A stretch of 64,000 nucleotides of DNA from Spirochaetota bacterium (lineage in GTDB: Bacteria; Spirochaetota; UBA4802; UBA5550), in NCBI GenBank assembly GCA_963664815.2, contig CAXXHB010000003.1, positions 1,216,001 to 1,280,000 of the forward strand, written 5' to 3'. Under the pieces are notes generated by a model. It made no database searches. It was not told the origin of the DNA and saw only the letters and a program-made list of their open reading frames with translations. The position numbers and the translations under genes are program-made. Positions 20,766 to 30,644 of the stretch are shown in pieces (the stretch's first letter is position 1; the number at the start of each line of letters is the position of its first letter).

Positions 20766-22274
20766 TTAAAGGTTCTTTTTAGTGCTATAAATTTCTTTGA
20801 GAGACAAATGATATTCCTCGAATTTCTTTTTATTATTCAGCTTAAAATAATCAAGTACTTCGTCATCGGCAATCTCAAACCTGGATTTATTATTTTCAAT
20901 TTCAACCATAATATCTGCCAGATAAACTGTGTATACGGGGTTTTTATATTCACTTCCCGCTCTGTTTGGTCTATGGTGAAGCTCTATTGTCTTTGTGAGA
21001 GATTCGTTAAAATTCCATTTTTTACATATCAGCGCGCCCAGGGAACTATGACTTATCCCAAGGCTGATTTCTTCAATAAGTGTTGAATCGAGCATCCCTT
21101 TAAAGCCGTTTATTTTTTTTATTTTTTCAATAGTATCATTTTGCAGAGAGAGCATTACAATTTTACCTATATCTGCAAGAAGAGCGGAGAGATAGACCTG
21201 ATCTCCAAGTTTTGAATTTTCATTTATTCTTTTAGTAATTAATTGTGCGTAAAAAGCCCTTTTGTATGAGTCATTCCAGATTGCTTCATATCTTTTATAT
21301 CTTGTTTCAACTATTTTCTGTACTCCGGTTGCAACCAGCAGAGTATTAATTCCTTTCATCCCTATTATTTTAACAGCTTCATCGATGGTTTCAAGTTTAT
21401 TAATAGTAACATAACCTGCGGAATTTGCAAGTTTCATTATTGATGCAGTAAGCCCCGGATCACGGGAAATTGATTTTCCAATTTCTTTTATGTCGCTATC
21501 CGGATCCCTGATAAGCATCCTTATTTCTTTTATATTGTCCGGTAGAGCTGGGATATCATCTACCTCTTTAAGAATTTCTTCTGTTACTTTAATATGAATT
21601 TCCGGAGTAATTATTTTATGAGGTATGCTGAGATTTACCGATGTTAATGTGTCATTTCTGCTGATAGTAAATACATTTTGTGGAAACCCTGAATTTTTCA
21701 GCAGCATAAGGGCCATTATAAGTCCAAGTCCCGCCCCTTCGGAATCGTCAAGAACATCAATGAATGCCTCCGAGATATCCTGATACTTGTAGGCTTTTGA
21801 TACTCTTGATTTAATTTTATTCAGTTCGGATTCCAGAATTGGATTATTATTTATTACACTGATGGATAAATTATCATTGGTACTGCTGAAGCTAACCCTT
21901 ACCATATATTTTGATCCCTGAAGAGATTTTATCAGTTCACTTTCGTTGCTCTGAAAAACTTCATCTTTAAAGCTCTCCATCCCCTGCCGGTAGTTATTGA
22001 TGTCATTAATATTCAGTCCGGTTGATTCAAAATAGAGGCGTTTGAGATTTGCTTTAATTGCGTTATTTACCAGTTCTTTTATTATCGATATAATAGTGTC
22101 CTTGTGAAACAGAAGGTCATAATGCTCAAGAAATCTATGGATCATTTTAATTAACTGAGATTCAACATCCTGATTGAATCTTTGAAATTGAATAAAAAAA
22201 TCTTTTTCAGAACTCAGAGCATTCTGGTAATCTTCCGGTTTAAGAAAAAATTCTTTTGAAACAACTTGTGTCAA
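20766..22274 (-). CDS. GHKL-like ATPase domain fused to HDOD domain
   Basis: ELVNNAIKAN and GAGLGL boxes; HDOD DPGLTASIMKLANSA...LLADIGK...WNF...HH; TTG start with GGAG RBS. Confidence 0.85.
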   Translation of the reverse strand: MTQVVSKEFFLKPEDYQNALSSEKDFFIQFQRFNQDVESQLIKMIHRFLEHYDLLFHKDTIISIIKELVNNAIKANLKRLYFESTGLNINDINNYRQGMESFKDEVFQSNESELIKSLQGSKYMVRVSFSSTNDNLSISVINNNPILESELNKIKSRVSKAYKYQDISEAFIDVLDDSEGAGLGLIMALMLLKNSGFPQNVFTISRNDTLTSVNLSIPHKIITPEIHIKVTEEILKEVDDIPALPDNIKEIRMLIRDPDSDIKEIGKSISRDPGLTASIMKLANSAGYVTINKLETIDEAVKIIGMKGINTLLVATGVQKIVETRYKRYEAIWNDSYKRAFYAQLITKRINENSKLGDQVYLSALLADIGKIVMLSLQNDTIEKIKKINGFKGMLDSTLIEEISLGISHSSLGALICKKWNFNESLTKTIELHHRPNRAGSEYKNPVYTVYLADIMVEIENNKSRFEIADDEVLDYFKLNNKKKFEEYHLSLKEIYSTKKNL

Positions 22275-22575
22275 GGTTTGACTCCATTCGTTAAATAATT
22301 ATCTGGTTAGCCAGCTCTGCATAAAATGCTTATTATTAATACAATAATACTTTAATATCGGAGAAATTTGTAAAAACTCAGTCATTTTTCTTTTTACAAA
22401 AAAGGTAGAGTAAAATCCCTGAATTCATTTATTATTAAAACAATAAATGTTGCTATTTTAATAATAATATATCAATTTTTTTTTATTCAACCATTTTTTA
22501 TTATACAAAAGATTTAGTTTTATATATCATAATAATTAGCATATCTGTAACTGGAATCTTTTAAAGAATTTGCTC

Positions 22576-22605
22576 TTGACAGTACGAAAATAGTCCCGAT
22601 AAAAT
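22576..22605 (+). promoter_or_regulatory. Sigma70-type promoter for the CheY-like gene
   Basis: TTGACA-N18-TAAAAT. Confidence 0.5.
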
Positions 22606-22667
22606 GATCGGGTGATACATAGGCATTTTAAATTATATTGTCTAAGATTCAAATGGGGTATTAAAAA

Positions 22668-23114
22668 ATGACAGCGAAAGCAGATTTTCCAAATTTAAAC
22701 ACAAAAGAACCGGATGGTATAAAACCCAATGGATCATCCTATAAAATATTGGTAGTAGACAGCAGGGATTTTCATAAAAAACAGATCGCACAGATTTTTG
22801 AATCAGAGAGGTACCAGGTTGTTGATACTGCATCCAATGGAAAAGAGGCTCTTGAAAAAGTGGAAAAGCATAAGGGGAAAATTGATCTTATTACTACAGA
22901 GCTTGATATGCCTATTATTGACGGATACTCCATGCTATTTGAACTAAAAGAGAAAGGAGATATGCCTCTTGTAGTCTTTATCAGTGAAGATACAACCAAG
23001 GGTGTAATGCAGGATTTGATATCAATGGGTGCCAAGGATTTTATACTAAAACCGATCAATAGAAGGTTAATTCTTGAAAGAGTAAAAAATGTGTTGAACA
23101 AGTATTTATTATGA
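22668..23114 (+). CDS. Spirochete CheY-like single-domain response regulator with atypical phospho-site
   Basis: N-terminal extension DFPNLN...KPNG.YKILVVD as in spirochete CheY; LITTELDMP; GAKDFILKP. Confidence 0.85.
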   Translation: MTAKADFPNLNTKEPDGIKPNGSSYKILVVDSRDFHKKQIAQIFESERYQVVDTASNGKEALEKVEKHKGKIDLITTELDMPIIDGYSMLFELKEKGDMPLVVFISEDTTKGVMQDLISMGAKDFILKPINRRLILERVKNVLNKYLL

Positions 23115-23164
23115 AAATATTAATATTCAATCTTGTGAGAATTTATTAAATAGAGGATTAGTTT

Positions 23165-24232
23165 ATGCCCAGCGACCTTGAGACAGCTGCAAATACTCTT
23201 TCCGAGCAGACAAAAAAACTTCAGATTGCTCTTTATTATACCTTTGGCGATGATGATAAAGCCAAGAAAATGGTTAATGGGACATATCTTGATCTTTATG
23301 TAATAAAGGGTAAATTCTCTTCATCCAGTTTATATGGCGCATTTATTGTGTTTTTAAATACTACCTATTTAAGAGTGGCCAGTTCATACGCTATGATATC
23401 AAAATCTTTTGATGTTTCAGATATTAAATCAAACCAGGACTGGCGTAATTTTGAAAAGCAGCTTGTTGAAATGTCAAAAAAAAGCGGCTATGATGAGTCA
23501 ATGACTTCCAAGATTAAGGATTCCATGAATAAGGCATTAACAATTCAGGAAATAACCAAATTTTCAAAACTTATAGAACAGGATGATGGGATTGCGGTAA
23601 ACCATTACTTTCAGAAGTTCATCTCCGATGTAATGGGATTCCAGAATGTTGAACTTTCTGTGGATTATGAAAAAATCAGTTCAATTTCCATGGAATTAAA
23701 TTCAATAACAAGTCAGAAAATGTCTTCTGCCCCTGAACCTGTGAAGGAAACTCCTTCCGAACAAAATATAATAGTAGAGAAACTGGAGGATCCGCTTGAG
23801 GGGAAAGAGGTAAAACTTGTTTTAAATGGGGCACTTATTTTATCTCCTATCAAGGGGAAGGAGATTGCCGAACTTGCAATCGGTGACAGAATAATGATTA
23901 GTATTATCGACAAGAGCCCCAAGGCAAATGATCTGCTTAAAGCATTTAACGCATTAAAGGAAGATGGTACCGCAAAACCGATTGCCGGCAGAATCGTTTC
24001 AATAAAACATACAACAGATTATAAGATTTTTGCCATTGTAGCGAAAGGGATATATTTGAAAATTGTTGAGGAAGAGGAATTTATCAAGGTCGCGATGGAT
24101 CCTGCCTATTATAATACGCAGAGTGGTACTGAGGAAGAAGATTCCAAAAAAAACAGAATAACGATGTTTATTCTTGCGGGGATTTTTTTTATACTTGTGG
24201 CAATCATTACTTTTTTTGTTTTTACGTTATAA
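23165..24232 (+). CDS. Hypothetical protein with C-terminal membrane anchor
   Basis: 355 aa, AGAGGA RBS, hydrophobic C-terminus. Confidence 0.8.
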   Translation: MPSDLETAANTLSEQTKKLQIALYYTFGDDDKAKKMVNGTYLDLYVIKGKFSSSSLYGAFIVFLNTTYLRVASSYAMISKSFDVSDIKSNQDWRNFEKQLVEMSKKSGYDESMTSKIKDSMNKALTIQEITKFSKLIEQDDGIAVNHYFQKFISDVMGFQNVELSVDYEKISSISMELNSITSQKMSSAPEPVKETPSEQNIIVEKLEDPLEGKEVKLVLNGALILSPIKGKEIAELAIGDRIMISIIDKSPKANDLLKAFNALKEDGTAKPIAGRIVSIKHTTDYKIFAIVAKGIYLKIVEEEEFIKVAMDPAYYNTQSGTEEEDSKKNRITMFILAGIFFILVAIITFFVFTL

Positions 24233-24261
24233 TAACTTATGTAACAGTCAATTCGGAATTC

Positions 24262-25023
24262 TTAAACAGGACGAATCGGAATGCCCCGCAACTGTAGTTC
24301 TTTTTTAACTTCCTTAATACTTATTTCACGGAAGTGAAATATCGAAGCTGCAAGTACTGCATCAGCTTTTCCTTCGGTCAGACCACTGTAAAGATGTTCA
24401 ATTGTACCTGCTCCGCCAGATGCAATAACAGGAATTTTAACAGCTCCGGAAAGTGTTCTTGTAAGTTCAATGTCAAAACCATCTTTAGTCCCATCTTTGT
24501 CCATGCTTGTGAGAAGGATTTCCCCTGCACCGAGCTCCTGGGCTTTTATTGCCCATTCAACCGCGTCAAGTTCTGTTGGAGTTCTCCCGCCATGGAGAAA
24601 AACTGTCCATCCTCCACTGTTGTTTTTTTTCGCGTCTATTGCCACAAGAATACATTGAGAACCGAATTTTTCCGCAGATTCTGTAATAATGCGGGGATTT
24701 TCCACTGCTGCCGTATTGATTGATACTTTATCGGCTCCTTCGCTTAAAATCAATCTTACATCTTCCACACTGCGTATGCCGCCACCTACAGTAAACGGGA
24801 TATGAACAGTTTCAGCCACTTTTTTAACCATTTCCAGAATAATGTTTCTTCTGTCCGATGAAGCAGTAATATCCAGGAAACAGAGTTCATCAGCTCCCTC
24901 GCTGTCGTAGAACCTGCCATTTTCAACAGGATCACCGGCGTCTATCAGGTTAAGAAAGTTTACCCCTTTTACTACACGTCCGTCTTTTACATCGAGACAT
25001 GGAATTATTCTTTTAGCAAGCAT
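24262..25023 (-). CDS. hisF: Imidazole glycerol phosphate synthase subunit HisF
   Basis: [41 protein letters not shown]. Confidence 0.98.
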   Translation of the reverse strand: MLAKRIIPCLDVKDGRVVKGVNFLNLIDAGDPVENGRFYDSEGADELCFLDITASSDRRNIILEMVKKVAETVHIPFTVGGGIRSVEDVRLILSEGADKVSINTAAVENPRIITESAEKFGSQCILVAIDAKKNNSGGWTVFLHGGRTPTELDAVEWAIKAQELGAGEILLTSMDKDGTKDGFDIELTRTLSGAVKIPVIASGGAGTIEHLYSGLTEGKADAVLAASIFHFREISIKEVKKELQLRGIPIRPV

Positions 25024-25258
25024 ATGTTTTACCTTTCTAAAAACCTGATTTTCATATAAAAAAATTTATCGCAATCTATGCGTGGTTGATATAAATGTTA
25101 ACAATAGAAAGTATTTATGTTATTTTATAACTGTTAATACTGATAAAAAAGATATTAATAACTGTCAAGATTTTGTTTGCAATTAAACAGGGTACTATTA
25201 ATTTATTCTTTTTAGGATTATCATTTGATATTATAAAGCAGTTTATAAGGGAAATGGG

Positions 25259-26356
25259 ATGTTCAGAAAAAACAGAGATAATTACAGGGATATATTCAGA
25301 GATTTTTCAGGAGAAGTGATTCCGGAAATTGACTTATATATTAAAAGCTTTTTTGAAAGAAAAACTGAAGAATCAGATCCAGGTTTTATGCAGGAGATTC
25401 TGGGGTATCTTTGCGATTATTGTCTTCGCGATGGCAAAAGAATACGTCCGCTGCTTCTGATTAATGCTTATTATGGCTACAGAAAGGGAATTAAAAAAAG
25501 ACAGGAGATTATAAAACTCGGCGCAGTAGTTGAACTTATGCATTCATTGCTTTTAATACAGGATGACATAATTGATAAATCTGAACTCAGAAGAGGTGAT
25601 AAATCTCTTCATATACTGCTTGGTGACAGATATTCCAGTTTAACATCAAATCCATTAATAGGGCAGGACATTGCTTCTGTTACTGCCGATATACTTTTTT
25701 CATGTTCGATTGAGGTAATAAGCAGTACTGATATCAGGCATGATGTTAAAGACAGGTTTCTCGATATCTTCGCCAGAACATATGAAAAAACTGCATGGGG
25801 TCAAATCCTCGACTCACTGAATTCTATGCCGAAAAAAATTGATCCTGAAAGTGATGCTCCGATGCGTATAAGTCTGATGAAGACCGCATATTACACAATG
25901 GTTTATCCTTTTATGATGGGATATGTTTTAAGCGGAGAAAAAAATAAAAGTGAAATGGAGAATATTGAGTCTTTTGCATTGCCGCTTGGAATTGCATTTC
26001 AGATAAGGGATGACCTCCTCGGTGTTTTTGGAATAGAAAAGGATACCGGTAAACCGAGTGATTCTGATATAACAGAGGGTAAGCTGACGCTGCTTGTGCA
26101 GAAAACTATTTTAAAACTGGGTGAGTCCGACAGAAATAAATTTACCGGAATTTTTCTTAATAATAAAAAATCACCGGATGATTTTGAATTCATAAGGAAA
26201 TGTATAAAAGAGAGCGGGGCGCTTGATGAGACAATTCAGCGGCACAGGGAATTGATCAATGATTCATATAGCCTGCTCGAAGAACTTGTGATGAAAAAAT
26301 ATAACAGGGATGTTATGCGCGGCGTTATAGAATCTGTGGAAGATATACCTTTATAA
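25259..26356 (+). CDS. Polyprenyl synthetase (IdsA/GGPP-synthase-like)
   Basis: GKRIRP, QDDIID..LRRG, KTAYY, FQIRDDLLG. Confidence 0.92.
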   Translation: MFRKNRDNYRDIFRDFSGEVIPEIDLYIKSFFERKTEESDPGFMQEILGYLCDYCLRDGKRIRPLLLINAYYGYRKGIKKRQEIIKLGAVVELMHSLLLIQDDIIDKSELRRGDKSLHILLGDRYSSLTSNPLIGQDIASVTADILFSCSIEVISSTDIRHDVKDRFLDIFARTYEKTAWGQILDSLNSMPKKIDPESDAPMRISLMKTAYYTMVYPFMMGYVLSGEKNKSEMENIESFALPLGIAFQIRDDLLGVFGIEKDTGKPSDSDITEGKLTLLVQKTILKLGESDRNKFTGIFLNNKKSPDDFEFIRKCIKESGALDETIQRHRELINDSYSLLEELVMKKYNRDVMRGVIESVEDIPL

Positions 26357-26371
26357 TTATCCCGCTTTTAT

Positions 26372-28279
26372 TCAGAGTAAATTTAATATCTGTTCAAGTC
26401 TCGTCTGTTCAATAACTGTTTTATTTTTAAGTTCAACAATAAATGGATCTTCGCCGGTTGGACTGTAATGTTCAGCGTAATCGCTGATAATTTTATTTCC
26501 TCTGATATAGTCCCTGTCTTTAGATGAATATACGGATGAGAGGAAAACATTATTCTGATTCATCAGCTTTTCCAGGTTATCCTTTAATGATAAATCCTTT
26601 AATCCTTCATCATCAAGGAGAGACATGGCGTATGGCCAATTCTTAATATCCCCGTCATATTTATAAATGGCATCATTATTAATACCGTTATTTTCCGATA
26701 GAATTTTTCCAGCCCTGTGAGCCATAAGTTTTAATGCATAAAACTGTATGTAAAAGGTATAGGCGCTTATTCCGTTAATTCTGTTATTTTCGGTAATGTA
26801 GTTTTTGCCTGTGCCGTTTATTTCCTGTTCAGTGTAGATCGGTTTTACCTGTGGAGTTTTTTTAAGTCTTTCGCGTGCAGTTACCATCATATCAATTATT
26901 TCCGGTCTGAATATGCTGAATTCAATTTCATTTCTGCGTGACCGGTTACGCTTTCTGTATTTTGATTCATTGCGTACAACAGAGTAAATATTATCGTTCA
27001 AAATCCATGCCGGGATGAGTTCATTGTACGATGGAGGTATGTCATTCATATACAAAGAACTCTGAGTAATCAGCGAGAAGGGAAATTCCACTCTCTGCGG
27101 CATAGTAACCGTTCCCGTGGAGATTACTGTGTATGGTGATTTGCTGTATTCTGCAGGAAATTTTATGCTTGAACCAAGACCGAAGAACATCCCCTCTCCG
27201 GGAATTATTTCCTGGTCGGGCAGACGCGAAGTATGGTTTGAACCGACATTTGCCCCGTATCCGATGTTTCCTCTCCCTTCGGGCCAGATGCATGCGATAA
27301 GAAGTGAGTGATGATGCGCGGCAGTGAATGGCCCGGCAAACGATGAAGTTATCTCGGCCTCGCCGATTGCTGAGTTTGGCCCGGTAATACTGTCTGTGAT
27401 ATTGCAATGTTTTCCGGCATGTGAATACTCCATCAGAAGAGAGCTTTGAATTACAGACATTGAATCGACATGGCATCCACACTGTATGGTTGAGTCTTTT
27501 ATACTCACACCTGTCCCGGCAGACGTGCCGTCGTTTTCCGAACTAAGTATTGTGCTGTCTGATATCATTGAAGCACCGGAAATTACTGTTGTATCGTAAA
27601 GGAAAGAATCACATATTGATGTTGTGTTTATAATACGGCAGTTTTTGCCGATATAACCTGAGTTTAAAGAGCACTTTGATGTATATTCATTAACGAAATC
27701 ATTGTATGCTGTTTTATTTTCCCGGATGAGTAAATTCTTCGCAATATTCATGTCCATTTCAGAAAAAATCTTTATTCCCCGCTCCCCGGTCTCCGGGCCT
27801 ATTAGTATGTTATTTCCATTGCTGAAAGTATTTTCTCCTGATGCTGTAATTGTCCCGTTGTTGAAAAGCACCGTATATGATGATATAATGTAATTAGAAA
27901 TCAAACCGCATCTGCATATAAGAGACTCATCATTAATTTCTGAATTCTTTATTATACTGTCATATATACCTGATTGCAGGACAGTGTCATTTTCAACTTC
28001 AAGTGGGAAACCAGAAAATTTCCCGAGGTAGCATTTACCATAAAAACGGCTGTTGGAAATGAAAGAGGGAATAAAACCATCTGCAACAAAAATATTATCC
28101 CAGCTTTCAGCATGGTTATTCTGCTTTTTTAACTGTTCTGTCTCTATACCTGAGAGATTACGATATGTTGATACATTGGAATTTCCACGGTTACTTATTG
28201 ATAATTTTATTTTTGCTGTTTTCTGAAGAAATTCAGAATTTTGCAGTATTGATGAAAGTGTCTCTTTGAAATCTGTCAT
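26372..28279 (-). CDS. DUF4954-like protein with beta-helix-type repeats
   Basis: GPF...HHHSLLIA.WP.GRGNIGYGANVGSNHTSR...FPFSLI pattern; I/S-rich repeats. Confidence 0.75.
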   Translation of the reverse strand: MTDFKETLSSILQNSEFLQKTAKIKLSISNRGNSNVSTYRNLSGIETEQLKKQNNHAESWDNIFVADGFIPSFISNSRFYGKCYLGKFSGFPLEVENDTVLQSGIYDSIIKNSEINDESLICRCGLISNYIISSYTVLFNNGTITASGENTFSNGNNILIGPETGERGIKIFSEMDMNIAKNLLIRENKTAYNDFVNEYTSKCSLNSGYIGKNCRIINTTSICDSFLYDTTVISGASMISDSTILSSENDGTSAGTGVSIKDSTIQCGCHVDSMSVIQSSLLMEYSHAGKHCNITDSITGPNSAIGEAEITSSFAGPFTAAHHHSLLIACIWPEGRGNIGYGANVGSNHTSRLPDQEIIPGEGMFFGLGSSIKFPAEYSKSPYTVISTGTVTMPQRVEFPFSLITQSSLYMNDIPPSYNELIPAWILNDNIYSVVRNESKYRKRNRSRRNEIEFSIFRPEIIDMMVTARERLKKTPQVKPIYTEQEINGTGKNYITENNRINGISAYTFYIQFYALKLMAHRAGKILSENNGINNDAIYKYDGDIKNWPYAMSLLDDEGLKDLSLKDNLEKLMNQNNVFLSSVYSSKDRDYIRGNKIISDYAEHYSPTGEDPFIVELKNKTVIEQTRLEQILNLL

Positions 28280-28386
28280 TTTCTCACCGGTTCCCAGTCA
28301 GAATTTAATTGTTCGTATAACAGGTATAAAAGTAATGTCTTACAGCGAATTGTAAAGAAGAAATTAATGAAGGAACAGGCTGTTTG

Positions 28387-28956
28387 TCAGATCATGGACA
28401 GAAAAAGCTGATGGATTCTTGTATCTTCTGTCAGTTCAGGGTGAAAGCTTGAAGCAAGTAGCCTGCCTTCCTTTAGCAGTACCGGTATCCCGTCAAGCTC
28501 GGCAAGCACTTCAACGTTGTTAGAGATTGAAGTTACTTTTGGAGACCTTATAAATATTCCCTGGAATACTTTGTCATTGAAACCTTTGACAGGGAATGAT
28601 GCTTCAAAGCTTTCTTTCTGCCTGCCGTAAGCGTTTCTTTTCACTGTAATATCCATAAGTCCGAGAATGGGTAGTTTATCTTCCTCAATATTTTTTGCCA
28701 TTAAAATCATCCCTGCGCAGGTACCATACAACCCCATACCGGATTTTACTTTTTCCAATATTGGATTCATAATTCCGTTATTGATGAGAAGTTTGGCAAT
28801 AACAGTACTTTCACCTCCGGGAATTATAAGACCATCTACTGTCTCGAGATCGTCAGACGCTCTTACCTGTATCCCCATGGCACCGATTGTCTCTAATACC
28901 TCCAGATGTTTCTGGAAAGCCCCCTGCATTGCAAGCACTCCAATTTTTTTAGACAT
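28387..28956 (-). CDS. pdxT: PLP synthase glutaminase subunit
   Basis: GLIIPGGEST, GTCAGMI, RNAYGRQ, FHPE. Confidence 0.97.
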   Translation of the reverse strand: MSKKIGVLAMQGAFQKHLEVLETIGAMGIQVRASDDLETVDGLIIPGGESTVIAKLLINNGIMNPILEKVKSGMGLYGTCAGMILMAKNIEEDKLPILGLMDITVKRNAYGRQKESFEASFPVKGFNDKVFQGIFIRSPKVTSISNNVEVLAELDGIPVLLKEGRLLASSFHPELTEDTRIHQLFLSMI

Positions 28957-28964
28957 TTAATTCT

Positions 28965-29870
28965 TTACCAGCCTCTGCCTGCAAGTTTATCACTTTCCTT
29001 TAATTGTGACATTCCTATACCGGTCATAGGTTCACCCAGATTTCGCGATATCTCTGCAAGCTTTACGGGATCATTGTAGTATGTAACCGCCTGAACTATT
29101 GCCTTTGCCCTTTTTGCCGGATCGCCGGATTTGAATATTCCTGAACCGACAAATACAGACTCAGCGCCAAGATGCATCATAAGGGCGGCGTCTGCCGGAG
29201 TGGCAACACCACCTGCGGAAAAATTGGGAACTGGAAGCTTACCGGTTTCAGCAACTTCAAGAATAAGTTCATAGGGTGCACCCATCTCTTTTGCTGCTGT
29301 CATAAGCTCTTCTACGGGAATCCCCTTTATTCTTCTCATATCATCCTGCAGTGTCCGCATATGCCTCACTGCTTCAATGACATCACCTGTTCCTGCTTCA
29401 CCCTTTGTCCTTATCATTGCAGCTCCTTCACCAATTCTTCTGAGCGCTTCACCCAGATCGCGGCATCCGCATACAAATGGGACCTTGAAGTTAATTTTAT
29501 TAACATGAAATCTGTCGTCGGCAGGGGTAAGAACTTCGCTTTCATCAATGAAATCAACACCGAGAGCTTCAAGAATCTGAGCCTCGACAAAATGACCTAT
29601 ACGGCACTTGGCCATGACCGGGATAGTAACTGCTTCCTGTATCCGTATAATTACATCAGGATCTGACATCCTCGCCACGCCACCAGCCACTCGTATATCC
29701 GCAGGGACACGTTCAAGAGCCATTACGGCAGCTGCCCCTGCATCTTCGGCTATCTTTGCGTGTTCAGGAGTGACTACATCCATAATAACGCCACCCTTAA
29801 GCATTTCAGCAAGTCCGACTTTTATTTTCCAGTTTTGTTCCTGTTTTTCTGACCATTTTGATTTATTCAT
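28965..29870 (-). CDS. pdxS: PLP synthase lyase subunit
   Basis: [39 protein letters not shown]. Confidence 0.98.
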   Translation of the reverse strand: MNKSKWSEKQEQNWKIKVGLAEMLKGGVIMDVVTPEHAKIAEDAGAAAVMALERVPADIRVAGGVARMSDPDVIIRIQEAVTIPVMAKCRIGHFVEAQILEALGVDFIDESEVLTPADDRFHVNKINFKVPFVCGCRDLGEALRRIGEGAAMIRTKGEAGTGDVIEAVRHMRTLQDDMRRIKGIPVEELMTAAKEMGAPYELILEVAETGKLPVPNFSAGGVATPADAALMMHLGAESVFVGSGIFKSGDPAKRAKAIVQAVTYYNDPVKLAEISRNLGEPMTGIGMSQLKESDKLAGRGW

Positions 29871-30225
29871 AATATAATCTCCAGAATCATTTTCCTTATG
29901 TGTATACGCAGTAAGCTATAATTGCTTATTCGTTAAACTGCAGTAACTGCTGTTAATCTGCAGAACAGTTATTAATAACCTAATTATTAGAATAGGCATA
30001 GTAAATAAAGGACTTTATTTTTCAATTTGTTTTTTTGTTACGAATATTCCGGAGAATAATATTTATCCTGGTTTTATAGAATGAAAACTGGTTGTATGTA
30101 TCTATTTAAAAAAATGGTTTATGTTGTCCTTTGAGAACAAAGTATAAGTTTTTTATAATAGATATAACCGGGATTTGTTAAATATAATGATTTTATAACA
30201 GACTTAAACCTGTTACATCTCTGAT

Positions 30226-30587
30226 TCTGAACACGATTACAGGATTAAAAGATTGGCAGGATTTTCTGCTAATAAATGTATCGCACACGAACGTACTTAA
30301 TTTGTGCATCAATTGGATCAGAAGCAATAAAACGGCAGATCTATGATGAAAGTCCGACTCTCTTTATAGAAAAGTCAATTTTGATTCAATTCCGCCTCAA
30401 ACACCTTAACGACTGTTATAAACGCGCGTTTTCCTCTGTCAGTAACGATGTTGAAACGGTATTGAAACGGTTTTCAACAGTGTCTTCATACCGCTTAAGT
30501 CCCATTTTAACAGATTTACTCTTATCTTTTTCGTTAAATTATATTTATGTCTCTTATAACCAGTTATGAAAATCATGGTTCAGACAA
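30226..30587. mobile_element. MITE-like element or remnant bounded by imperfect inverted ends
   Basis: Left end tctgaacacgatt followed by a GATT array (acaggatt-aaaagatt-ggcaggatt). Right end aatcatggttcaga (reverse complement tctgaaccatgatt). No convincing ORF inside. Confidence 0.4.
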
Positions 30588-30644
30588 CAGCAGCGAAGAA
30601 CGTATTATTCTGGAAGAGTGCGCTATCCGTGCGAGTTGGTATTT

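Noticed and set aside
27042-27482. This and the many other 60-165 aa ORFs nested in or antisense to long genes
   Set aside because: Shadow ORFs of well-supported genes with no independent motifs.
30449-30479. tgttgaaacggtattgaaacggttttcaaca contains ATTGAAAC, a typical CRISPR repeat ending
   Set aside because: Only an 11-bp-period doublet or hairpin; no spaced repeats.
30276-30569. 97-aa plus-strand ORF
   Set aside because: No RBS or recognisable motif; lies inside the MITE-like region.
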